From contig JAUWFQ010000002.1 in assembly GCA_030606865.1 (NCBI GenBank), positions 1 through 47,009 on the forward strand: 47,009 nt of DNA, written 5' to 3'. The notes below the pieces were generated by a model. It ran no database searches and had not been told where the DNA came from. It saw only the letters and a program-made list of their open reading frames with translations. A program made the position numbers and the translations under genes. This stretch comes from a bacterium (GTDB lineage Bacteria; Fidelibacterota; Marinisomatia; Marinisomatales; JAHJCW01). This document shows, piece by piece, positions 1 to 8,677 of the stretch; position 1 is the first letter of the stretch, and each line of letters begins with the position of its first letter.

Positions 1-221
1 AAAGCGGCAAGATTAATTATCACATCGGGATTATAATTTGATAATGTACTTTTAATTTGTTCAAAATTAGTGATATCAAGCACAGCAAATGGAATATTTA
101 AAGTATTAATATTATGAACATTGATATCAGTAGCAAGCAGCTCATATTTTTCGTATAATTGATTAAGAACGGAATTTCCTAATTGTCCTGAAGCACCAGT
201 TATCAATATTCTCTTTGGCAT
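1..221 (-). CDS. rfbD: dTDP-4-dehydrorhamnose reductase, N-terminal fragment; the gene continues past the left edge of the window
   Basis: Not in the ORF track. My own reverse-strand translation from the ATG at 221-219 gives MPKRILITGASGQLGNSVLNQLYEKYELLATDINVHNINTLNIPFAVLDITNFEQIKSTLSNYNPDVIINLAA. This has a GxxGxxG Rossmann start and the LDIT...PDVIINLAA block typical of RmlD/RfbD. Confidence 0.75.
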   Translation of the reverse strand, partial: MPKRILITGASGQLGNSVLNQLYEKYELLATDINVHNINTLNIPFAVLDITNFEQIKSTLSNYNPDVIINLAA

Positions 222-227
222 AAATTT

Positions 228-1223
228 TTATTTCACAGTAAATGAATGTGCAATAATATCCAATTTTCTCATAAAAGTAGCTTTATTCTTACTCGGGATA
301 AATACCAACATATTCAAATTGTATGTTCGGTCTGTAACACCGTCATACCAAGTATAGTTAATGAACGGTCCGCCTCTTGCTTCATCAATTGATTCCCAAA
401 TACCAACTGATTTCCATGCTGTCCAATTACTGAAAATAACTTGTTCCATTTGATATTTATAATCATTGTACCTTATATTTTTATAGTATTCTTGCGGAAA
501 CCGATTAGAATAATCAACAGCCATAATTGAGTCTTTAACAATTAATCCATCCTCCCAATGAATAGAAAACCACTGGTAAGGCAATTCTCTTCCTAACCAA
601 ACAAAATTACTATCAGGTAATTCTCTTATCACTTCCCAACCCCACGGTATTTGTATTCCCCATCCATATTTCTGCTTAAATTCTTTTGATAACTTTTTTA
701 ACCGGTCATTTCCGAATAAATATTTTTTCTGTTTTTCGATAAATATTTTATCAAAATATGATTTTATCCATTCAGATTTTTCTAAAAGAACAGTATTAAT
801 ATCACTGATCGTTTTTCCGCTAATTATCATAAATAATTGGTCACGTCCAAATTGGTCTTCAGAGAATATAATTTGCTTATTGCCGCTAATCGTTTCATTA
901 AATAATTCCTCGCCTAAAAGCGATATAACTAATTTTGTACCAGAATTCAATTCATTGGTACCAATTGAACCAATTATCAAATTTGTTTGACGTTTCAATT
1001 CGTTAAATCCAATCGGATCAGCATAATTTAATTTATAAATAGGTTCCGGTTGCGGTGTAAATAACGTATCTGAGAATATTTGTGTTAAAGCATTGTTAAT
1101 GCTACTTCTATCTTCTTTAGACACAATAACAATTATCTCATCAGCCGCACCAATTGCTTCTCGCTTCGTACTGCAGCTAATAACCAGTAATGCTACAACA
1201 ATAAAATAAATATAGTGTTTCAT
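228..1223 (-). CDS. Lipoprotein of unknown function, possibly DUF4837-like
   Basis: The ORF 228..1235 opens with TTG. The ATG at 1223 gives MKHYIYFIVVALLVISCS, a signal peptide with a lipobox Cys. I recognised no catalytic motif. The family guess rests on size and lipoprotein character only. Confidence 0.6.
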   Translation of the reverse strand: MKHYIYFIVVALLVISCSTKREAIGAADEIIVIVSKEDRSSINNALTQIFSDTLFTPQPEPIYKLNYADPIGFNELKRQTNLIIGSIGTNELNSGTKLVISLLGEELFNETISGNKQIIFSEDQFGRDQLFMIISGKTISDINTVLLEKSEWIKSYFDKIFIEKQKKYLFGNDRLKKLSKEFKQKYGWGIQIPWGWEVIRELPDSNFVWLGRELPYQWFSIHWEDGLIVKDSIMAVDYSNRFPQEYYKNIRYNDYKYQMEQVIFSNWTAWKSVGIWESIDEARGGPFINYTWYDGVTDRTYNLNMLVFIPSKNKATFMRKLDIIAHSFTVK

Positions 1224-1406
1224 GATACTTCTCAAACTAGTTTGATTTATAATAAGATTATAAAATTAAACTTAATAAATTATACTTACAACGGTGATAT
1301 ATAGTTAGCATCACATGGATCAGATATAACCGATGCTATTTAATATAAATTATATTATTTCAGATTTCTAGTAAAATGCAGCTACTTCTTATAAATCTAT
1401 TATTGA

Positions 1407-1556
1407 TTAAAATAATGTATAAATAAAAGGCGCAGCAGCTGTACCACCACCAATAACTATCAATAAACCAAAAAGAAGTAAGACGAATATTATTGGTAAC
1501 AGCCAATATTTTTTTCGGTGTTTTACGAATCCCCAAATATCCTTTAAAAATTCCAT
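1407..1556 (-). CDS. 49-aa single-pass membrane protein, DUF5989/SxtK-like
   Basis: Absent from the ORF track. My translation runs from the ATG at 1556-1554 to the TAA at 1409-1407 and gives MEFLKDIWGFVKHRKKYWLLPIIFVLLLFGLLIVIGGGTAAAPFIYTLF. It has a basic patch followed by one TM helix and lies directly downstream of the carbamoyltransferase. Confidence 0.6.
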   Translation of the reverse strand: MEFLKDIWGFVKHRKKYWLLPIIFVLLLFGLLIVIGGGTAAAPFIYTLF

Positions 1557-1606
1557 ATTAAACCTATATTTATTAGTTTGTAAAATTTACTATAATCAAT
1601 ATAATA

Positions 1607-3481
1607 TCAATCAAGTTTAAATTTTTCTTCCCAATTTTCTTTTTCTTGCCAAGATGGTTGATCATTTTTCTTTAATAAATAATTACCAAGCACAAGATAA
1701 TCCATTTCAGTGCGCATAAAACATCGATATCCATCTTCAGGAGTACATACAATCGGTTCACCTCGTACATTAAAACTTGTATTCACGATTATGCCATATC
1801 CAGTTAATTTTTTAAATTCATTTATTACCTGCCAGTATTTTGGATTAGTATTTTTATTCACACTTTGAAGACGGCCTGAATAATCAACATGAGTAATGGC
1901 TGGTACATCTGAACCTAATTGATATAAACGATCAAGAAGTTGTAAACTGTCATAATTCTTAGGTCTAGGTATTCTCCTACTCTCTTTAATGGGAACGACT
2001 AAAAGCATGTATGGACTTGGTCGATCAAGTTCGAAATATTCTCCAATATCTTCTTCCAAAACGGACGGCGCAAACGGTCTAAACCCTTCACGATATTTTA
2101 TTTTCAGGTTCATTTTTTTCTGCATTTTGGGATTTCGTGCGTCTCCTATGATACTTCTATTACCTAATGCTCTCGGACCATATTCCATACGACCTTGGAA
2201 CCACCCAATTACATTACCTTTATCAATCAAACTTGCAATATCTTTGGAAAGCTTATTAAAATCATCATAATATGAATAATTAGCATCAAATTTAGATAGA
2301 ACAGCTTGAATTTGTTTTTCTCCAAACTCCGGTCCGAGATATGCACCCATCATAGAATCAGAATTCTTTTTAAAGTTCCTTTGTTTATCTGTTCCAATAT
2401 ACCAAGATGCTAATGCTGCACCAACCGCTCCTCCTGCATCACCTGCAGCCGGCTGAATCCAAATATCCTTAAATAATCCACTTTGCAATAATTTACCGTT
2501 TGCTACACTATTTAAAGCAACACCACCCGCCATAACTAGATAGTCTTTTTTAGTAAGCTCTTTTGCAGTTTTTGCTAATCGTAAAACGATGTCTTCTGTA
2601 ACTTGCTGTATTGCCAGAGCCATATTCATATATTCCTGAGTAATATCTGTTTCACTTTTGCGAGGAGGAATACCGAATAATTCTTCCCATTTTTTATTAT
2701 TACACATTTTAAGACCAGTGGCAAAATTAAAATATTTCATATTGAGAAGAATTGATCCATCTTCTCTAACATCAATTAATTCTTTATAAATTAATTCTTT
2801 AAATTGTTGAGTTTGCTCAGAATTGGGGATACCGTAAGGAGCTAAGCCCATCAATTTATATTCTCCGCTATTTACTCGGAATCCGGTATAATATGTAAAC
2901 GCAGAGTATAATAATCCAACAGAATGAGGGAAATGAAGTTCTTTTAGGATAGTAATTTGACTACCGATTCCATAACCGATAGTTGATGTAGCCCATTCAC
3001 CTACTCCATCAATAGTTAAAATTGCAGCTTCCTTAAATGGAGATGGATAAAATGCGCTAGCGGCATGAGATAAATGATGTTCAGGGAAATGCAGTGGAAT
3101 TTTTGATTTATTACTGGGATTTGTTAATAATTCTGAAAATTTGTTATTCAACATTCTTCTCATAAATAATTTTTCTTTTATCCAAACCGGAATTGCTGTC
3201 ACAAAACTTGCTAAACCTTTTGGCGCGAAAGCATGATAAGTTTCCAGTAATCTCTCAAACTTAATTAATGGTTTATCATAGAAAGAAATAATTGTTAAAT
3301 CTTCAAAATCTATTCCTGCTTCTTTTAATACATATTTTACTGCATTAGTTGGAAATGACATATCATGTTTGATTCTGGTGAATCGTTCTTCATGTGCGGC
3401 AGCTAATATTTCACCGTCTCTAATAATCGCAGCTGCGCTATCGTGATAGTAAGCTGATATTCCTAAAATATATTCTGACAT
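1607..3481 (-). CDS. Carbamoyltransferase, NodU/CmcH family
   Basis: 624 aa. N-terminal ILGISAYYHDSAAAIIRDGEILAAAHEERFTRIKHD, the PEHHLSHAASAF His motif, and a C-terminal YrdC/Kae1-like half. The architecture is classic for NodU/CmcH/SxtI-type O-carbamoyltransferases. Confidence 0.9.
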   Translation of the reverse strand: MSEYILGISAYYHDSAAAIIRDGEILAAAHEERFTRIKHDMSFPTNAVKYVLKEAGIDFEDLTIISFYDKPLIKFERLLETYHAFAPKGLASFVTAIPVWIKEKLFMRRMLNNKFSELLTNPSNKSKIPLHFPEHHLSHAASAFYPSPFKEAAILTIDGVGEWATSTIGYGIGSQITILKELHFPHSVGLLYSAFTYYTGFRVNSGEYKLMGLAPYGIPNSEQTQQFKELIYKELIDVREDGSILLNMKYFNFATGLKMCNNKKWEELFGIPPRKSETDITQEYMNMALAIQQVTEDIVLRLAKTAKELTKKDYLVMAGGVALNSVANGKLLQSGLFKDIWIQPAAGDAGGAVGAALASWYIGTDKQRNFKKNSDSMMGAYLGPEFGEKQIQAVLSKFDANYSYYDDFNKLSKDIASLIDKGNVIGWFQGRMEYGPRALGNRSIIGDARNPKMQKKMNLKIKYREGFRPFAPSVLEEDIGEYFELDRPSPYMLLVVPIKESRRIPRPKNYDSLQLLDRLYQLGSDVPAITHVDYSGRLQSVNKNTNPKYWQVINEFKKLTGYGIIVNTSFNVRGEPIVCTPEDGYRCFMRTEMDYLVLGNYLLKKNDQPSWQEKENWEEKFKLD

Positions 3482-3489
3482 ATTTTATC

Positions 3490-3894
3490 TTAAAATGGTT
3501 TTATTATATCTTTACGTGTGTAGGTGTGATTTTTATTTATCAAGACAGAACTTTTTGATACTTTAAATTGTCTTAATTGTAAATTATCTTTTCCAAACAA
3601 TCTTCGAAATAATCCAAAGGGTACGATTAATAGTATAAATATAACTGACAAAACAATCTTTGAAATAAAAAATCCAAGCAAGTTTGATAGGCTATACCAA
3701 AATATTGCAACCGGATATAATAACTTAGGAATTAACATCGTAAACAATATAATAGGGATTGTTAATTTGAAAAATAGTACATCTTTCGTAATTAGTCCTA
3801 TTATAAGGAATAATAAGGTTAACGCTAATCCGGTATCTTTCTTTTGTTGTTCTGTTATATGATCGGGTATTATTTTTTTCTTATCTTCTATCAT
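3490..3894 (-). CDS. SxtJ-like small membrane protein
   Basis: 134 aa with three or four hydrophobic helices and the tail PFGLFRRLFGKDNLQL. This matches my memory of the SxtJ-family pattern. It ends 8 nt upstream of the carbamoyltransferase start. Confidence 0.55.
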   Translation of the reverse strand: MIEDKKKIIPDHITEQQKKDTGLALTLLFLIIGLITKDVLFFKLTIPIILFTMLIPKLLYPVAIFWYSLSNLLGFFISKIVLSVIFILLIVPFGLFRRLFGKDNLQLRQFKVSKSSVLINKNHTYTRKDIIKPF

Positions 3895-3922
3895 TATATT
3901 ATTCTTAGTATTCGTTTGTATT

Positions 3923-4014
<92 letters not shown>

Positions 4015-4089
4015 TTATAATTATTGTTAAAAACCAACCGGCGAAATTACTTCTCAGTAATACTAAGTTCAAGTTGATAAAACACATTT

Positions 4090-5184
4090 TTAAGATATAA
4101 CAAATTGCTTCCCGCCTATTTGCATAATTGCACCTTTTAATTCCAAAGATAGTAATATTCCCAGCAAAGATGTTACACCGATCCCTGATTTTTCACTTAG
4201 TAAATCAATATGTATCGGATCATTTGATAAATGTTTAAATACTTTCTGTTCTTCATTCGTTAAATCCAATTTAATATTTTGTTGGACCGGTGTAATTGGA
4301 TTAAAAAGTTGATTTTTAATATTATCAATAACTTGTTCACCATTTTGGACAGGTATCGCTCCGTTACGGATTAATCTAATACACCCTAAACTTTGTTTAT
4401 CATCAATTCGTCCGGGTACAGCAAATATTTCTCTATTTTGATCAACTGCATTTAACGCTGTAAGAATAGCACCACTTTTATTTCCGGCTTCTACAACAAC
4501 AGTAGCATGACATAATCCGCTAATTATTCGATTCCTTTTCGGAAAATTGCTCGCTTCAGGTTTTGTCCCAACCGGAAATTCACTTACTATTGTTCCTTTT
4601 TCCAAAATATTTTCAAATAATTTTCGATTTTCAGAAGGGTAAATTATATCTATTCCACTACCTAAAACAGCTATTGTACGTTGCATATTCTGCACGGTAG
4701 CAGTATGTGCATAAGTGTCTATCCCACGAGCCAATCCACTGACTATCACAATATTTTTACTTGAAAGCTCAGTTGCTAATTTTATTGTTACCCGTTTGCC
4801 ATATTGTGTTGCGGATCTTGTACCTACTATAGCTACTGCATCTTCTTTTGCATTTAACGGTTTACCAATTGAAAAAAGTAATACCGGCGGGTCATATATT
4901 TTTTTTAATAATTGTGGATATTCTTTATCCCATAAAGTAAATATTGTAATACCCTGTGAAATAGTTTTCTCAGCTAACTTTTTACCAATTTCAAAATTTT
5001 TGAAGGACCGTATTGCCTTTGCTGATTTCTGGTCAATTCCTTCTACACTGCAAAGTTCCTGTTCCGTTAATGAAAAAATATTTTCAGGTATATTAAATTT
5101 TGAAACAAGATTCCGTACTTTTTGAGGACCAACTTTCGGAACATTTAGCAAATTGAATATCGCTGCAATTTGATCAATTTTCAT
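4090..5184 (-). CDS. dprA: DNA-processing protein DprA (Smf)
   Basis: 364 aa. Rossmann-like core IAIVGTRSATQYGK...VSGLARGIDTYAH...AVLGSGIDIIYP and a C-terminal winged-helix-like tail. Confidence 0.9.
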   Translation of the reverse strand: MKIDQIAAIFNLLNVPKVGPQKVRNLVSKFNIPENIFSLTEQELCSVEGIDQKSAKAIRSFKNFEIGKKLAEKTISQGITIFTLWDKEYPQLLKKIYDPPVLLFSIGKPLNAKEDAVAIVGTRSATQYGKRVTIKLATELSSKNIVIVSGLARGIDTYAHTATVQNMQRTIAVLGSGIDIIYPSENRKLFENILEKGTIVSEFPVGTKPEASNFPKRNRIISGLCHATVVVEAGNKSGAILTALNAVDQNREIFAVPGRIDDKQSLGCIRLIRNGAIPVQNGEQVIDNIKNQLFNPITPVQQNIKLDLTNEEQKVFKHLSNDPIHIDLLSEKSGIGVTSLLGILLSLELKGAIMQIGGKQFVIS

Positions 5185-6151
5185 TCAATTTCTTATCAAT
5201 TAGCTTAATTAATTTATCAATTCCATAACCTGTAACTGCTGATATATCAATATAATTACCCATTTCAATTGGCCATTCAATTCGTGATTCATCATTAATG
5301 ATTATATCAAATTTAGACCTCACAATAATGGAGGGTTTTTCTTTTAATGATGAATTATGTGCATATAGCTCCTCTCTTAATATTTTTAATGTATTTAATG
5401 GCTCCTCGTTTTGAGAATCAATTAAAAATAGCAACAATCTATTTCTTTCTATGTGCTTTAAGAACTGATGTCCTAAACCTTTCCCTTCACTTGCACCTTC
5501 AATAATTCCCGGTATATCTGCCATCACAAATGATTTAAAATTGCCAACCTTAACTATACCTAAATATGGTTGTAATGTAGTAAAGGGATAATCTGCGATT
5601 TTCGGTGTCGCCGATGTAATCCTCGCAAGCAAAGTTGATTTTCCTGCATTCGGTAAACCGACTAAACCTACATCAGCTAATACTTTTAACTCTAAATTAA
5701 AGGTACCTTTCTCACCTGGCATTCCCGGCTGTGCAATTCTTGGAGTTTGATTTGTTGCTGATTTAAAATTTACATTACCTCTACCACCAATTCCGCCTTT
5801 ACATGAAATATATGTGTCATCATCGTCAACTAAATCGGCTAAAACTTTATCACTTTCAGAATCTTTGATTATGGTCCCGGGAGGCACACGAATTAATAAA
5901 TCAGCGCCGTTCTTTCCTGTTCTTTCGCTTTTCCCACCAGGTTCACCATGTTGTGCTCTATAAATTCGGTTGTATCGAACATCTTGTAATGTATACAGAT
6001 TAGCATCAACTATAAAAACAATATCACCACCTTTTCCACCATTACCACCATCCGGTCCACCTTTTGGCACAAATTTTTCCCGTCTAAACGATATCCTTCC
6101 TGCACCGCCCTTGCCTGAATAACAAGTAACCTTTGTATAGTCTATAAACAT
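5174..6151 (-). CDS. obg: GTPase Obg/CgtA
   Basis: Glycine-rich Obg fold SGKGGAGRISFRREKFVPKGGPDGGNGGKGGDI, G1 motif GLPNAGKST and G3 motif DIPGIIEGA. Confidence 0.95.
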   Translation of the reverse strand: MFIDYTKVTCYSGKGGAGRISFRREKFVPKGGPDGGNGGKGGDIVFIVDANLYTLQDVRYNRIYRAQHGEPGGKSERTGKNGADLLIRVPPGTIIKDSESDKVLADLVDDDDTYISCKGGIGGRGNVNFKSATNQTPRIAQPGMPGEKGTFNLELKVLADVGLVGLPNAGKSTLLARITSATPKIADYPFTTLQPYLGIVKVGNFKSFVMADIPGIIEGASEGKGLGHQFLKHIERNRLLLFLIDSQNEEPLNTLKILREELYAHNSSLKEKPSIIVRSKFDIIINDESRIEWPIEMGNYIDISAVTGYGIDKLIKLIDKKLNEN

Positions 6152-6159
6152 AATTTAAT

Positions 6160-6177
6160 AAAGGCTACAGTGCCTTT
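6160..6177. terminator. Short GC-containing hairpin between icd and obg, a possible weak or bidirectional terminator
   Basis: AAAGGC-tacagt-GCCTTT lies in the 35-nt icd-obg spacer. The T-run follows it on the plus strand (TTTTTAATAA). On the coding (minus) strand only ATTAAATT follows, so it is at best a leaky terminator. Confidence 0.3.
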
Positions 6178-6186
6178 TTTAATAAT

Positions 6187-7428
6187 TTACAAATTCGTTA
6201 TTATTGCATCGGCAAAACCGGAAGTTGATACTTTTGTCGCACCTTCCATTTGCCGTTCTAAATCATAAGTTACTGTTTTTTGGTTGATTGTACGCTGAAT
6301 TGCATCAACAATCATATCTGCAGCCTTTTGCCATCCAATATGCTCAAGCATCATTACACCGGATAGTATTATAGAACCGGGATTAACTTTATTTTGACCG
6401 GCATATTTTGGAGCTGTGCCATGTGTAGCTTCAAATAGCGCAACCTCATCAGACATATTGGCACCGGGGGCTAATCCAAGACCACCAACTTGTGCAGCAC
6501 ATGCGTCAGAAATATAATCACCGTTTAAATTAGTTGTTGCAAGAACATCATATTCTTCCGGTCTAAGCAATATTTGCTGAAACATTGAATCTGCAATTCT
6601 GTCTTTTATCACAATTTTCCCATTCGCTTTACCATCATATTTATCCCAAAGATCAGCCTCTGTTACAACTTGTGAAGAAAAATCGCTTTTAGCGACTTCA
6701 TAGCCCCAATCACGGAATGCACCTTCTGTATATTTTTGTATATTTCCTTTATGAACGAGTGTGACAGATGAACGATTTTGGTCCACCGCAAATTGAATAG
6801 CTTTTTTTACTAATCTTTTACTACCGAATGGACTAATTGGTTTAATTCCAATACCTGACAAATCTCTAATATTTTTACCAAAGTTATCTCTAATATATTC
6901 AATTAGTTTTTTTGATTCTTTTGATCCACTTTTCCACTCGATTCCAGCATATACATCTTCGGTATTTTCACGATATATCACTACATTTAATTTACCCGGA
7001 TCATTTACCGGACTAGGCACTCCTTCAAAGTATCTAACCGGTCTAATGCAAGCAAATAAATCTAATATTTGCCGTAATGATACATTCAAACTTCTTATCC
7101 CACCACCAACCGGCGTAGTTAGTGGTCCTTTAATTGCAACAGAAAAATCTTTTATTATTTGCGGAGTTTCTTCCGGTAACCATTCACCTGATAGTTCATG
7201 CGCTTTCTCTCCGGCAAATATTTCCATCCATTCAATTTTGTTAGTGTTATTAAACGCTTTTTGCACTGCTACGTCAAATACTCTAACCGCCGCTGACCAA
7301 ATATCCGGTCCAATTCCATCGCCACGGATGAATGGTATAATTGGATTATTTGGTACTTCAAGTATTCCATTAATATATTTAATTATTTCACCGTTATCCG
7401 GTACTTTAACTAATTTATAATCAGTCAT
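6187..7428 (-). CDS. icd: NADP-dependent isocitrate dehydrogenase, prokaryotic homodimeric type
   Basis: 413 aa. Contains [23 protein letters not shown] and the signature [25 protein letters not shown]. Confidence 0.95.
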   Translation of the reverse strand: MTDYKLVKVPDNGEIIKYINGILEVPNNPIIPFIRGDGIGPDIWSAAVRVFDVAVQKAFNNTNKIEWMEIFAGEKAHELSGEWLPEETPQIIKDFSVAIKGPLTTPVGGGIRSLNVSLRQILDLFACIRPVRYFEGVPSPVNDPGKLNVVIYRENTEDVYAGIEWKSGSKESKKLIEYIRDNFGKNIRDLSGIGIKPISPFGSKRLVKKAIQFAVDQNRSSVTLVHKGNIQKYTEGAFRDWGYEVAKSDFSSQVVTEADLWDKYDGKANGKIVIKDRIADSMFQQILLRPEEYDVLATTNLNGDYISDACAAQVGGLGLAPGANMSDEVALFEATHGTAPKYAGQNKVNPGSIILSGVMMLEHIGWQKAADMIVDAIQRTINQKTVTYDLERQMEGATKVSTSGFADAIITNL

Positions 7429-7678
7429 TTTTATCCTTTTTTGTCTTAGTTTCTTTGGATTTTATCGGTTTTTTAAGGACTTTCGGCGAATCTGATTTTC
7501 TCTTATAATCGGTTAAATAATATCCGCTTCCTTTAAATATTAAACCTGTTCCACCACTTATTAACCGACGTACTCTTCCGCTACAATTCGGACATACACG
7601 AATTGGTTCATCAGACATTGATTGAAAATGTTCAAATTTATAATTACAGTCAGTACAAATGTAATCGTAGGTAGGCAC
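7421..7678 (-). CDS. FmdB-family zinc-ribbon protein with a Lys-rich tail
   Basis: Starts [34 protein letters not shown], a CxxC...CxxC pattern. It overlaps the icd start by 8 nt. Confidence 0.8.
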   Translation of the reverse strand: MPTYDYICTDCNYKFEHFQSMSDEPIRVCPNCSGRVRRLISGGTGLIFKGSGYYLTDYKRKSDSPKVLKKPIKSKETKTKKDKND

Positions 7679-7684
7679 AATAAT

Positions 7685-8161
7685 TTATTTATTTTTATTA
7701 TTCAAACACTCTTCAACACTTTTCGGAACATAAATAGAAATATCTCCGTGAAGTCTCGATACATTTTTTATTACCGTAGAATTTATATGGATATATTTCT
7801 CATCTGGCATCATAAGTAGCGTAACGATTTCAGGATTTAAGTGGAAATTCATCAATGCCATCTGGAATTCAAATTCAAGATCACTAACATGCCTCAATCC
7901 ACGGATTAGAGCTACAGCCTTCTTGCGTTTTGCGAAATTAACAATCAAATCCGAAGTCGAATTAACAGTGATATTATTTATATGTTCTGTCGCTCTTTCG
8001 ATCATTATAATGCGTTCTTTAACAGTAAACATCGATGATTTTTGATCATTATCAGCGACAACAAAAATTAATTTATCAAATAACGTCGCTGCCCGTTCAG
8101 CGATATTTATATGTCCGTTGTGAATAGGATCAAATGTTCCGGGATATATTATTGTTTTCAT
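7685..8161 (-). CDS. coaD: Pantetheine-phosphate adenylyltransferase
   Basis: Contains MKTIIYPGTFDPIHNGHINI, the (T/H)xGH nucleotidyltransferase motif. I prefer the ATG at 8161, which overlaps the rsmD stop by 1 nt, over the ORF-track start at 8173. Confidence 0.9.
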   Translation of the reverse strand: MKTIIYPGTFDPIHNGHINIAERAATLFDKLIFVVADNDQKSSMFTVKERIIMIERATEHINNITVNSTSDLIVNFAKRKKAVALIRGLRHVSDLEFEFQMALMNFHLNPEIVTLLMMPDEKYIHINSTVIKNVSRLHGDISIYVPKSVEECLNNKNK

Positions 8162-8667
8162 TATTTTCTCCAAAAGGAAAGTCTTGTACTTCCATAAATT
8201 CTTTCACTATCAGCATGAATATGCTCATCTTTCGTGGATGTTTCCAATACTAACGTTCCATCCATATTGAGTATCTTTAAGCATAATTCAATTAATAAAT
8301 TTAAATCTTTTTGACCATATGGTGGGTCAACCAATATTAAATCAGCTGAGTGTTTTTCAATAAGAAATTTGTATACATCATTTTTTCTAATGATACATTT
8401 TTGTTGATCAAATTTTAAACAATTCTTATACAACAATTGCACTAAATATTTATTCGTTTCAACAAAGATAACGCTTTTTGCCATCCTGCTAAGTGCTTCA
8501 AATCCTAATATTCCGGATCCTGCAAATAAATCAATTACTGTTTTATTGCTTAAATCACCGAGAATGTCAAAAAGACTTTTGCGTACTTTCGATTGAGTAG
8601 GACGGTATTCATATTTAGCCGAAGTTTGGATGCTAACACCCTTATATCTACCGGCTAATATCTGCAT
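8161..8667 (-). CDS. rsmD: 16S rRNA (guanine966-N2)-methyltransferase RsmD
   Basis: SAM-binding loop DLFAGSGILGFEALSR and the DPPY motif (LILVDPPYGQ). Confidence 0.85.
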   Translation of the reverse strand: MQILAGRYKGVSIQTSAKYEYRPTQSKVRKSLFDILGDLSNKTVIDLFAGSGILGFEALSRMAKSVIFVETNKYLVQLLYKNCLKFDQQKCIIRKNDVYKFLIEKHSADLILVDPPYGQKDLNLLIELCLKILNMDGTLVLETSTKDEHIHADSERIYGSTRLSFWRK

Positions 8668-8677
8668 TTATTATACT

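Noticed and set aside
1224-1406. Largest non-coding gap as a possible small RNA or riboswitch
   Set aside because: I could find only short AT-rich stems of 5-6 bp with long loops (AGCATC...GATGCT, GTGAT...ATCAC) and no recognisable conserved RNA motif. It is more likely a terminator and promoter region between the DUF5989-like gene and the lipoprotein gene.
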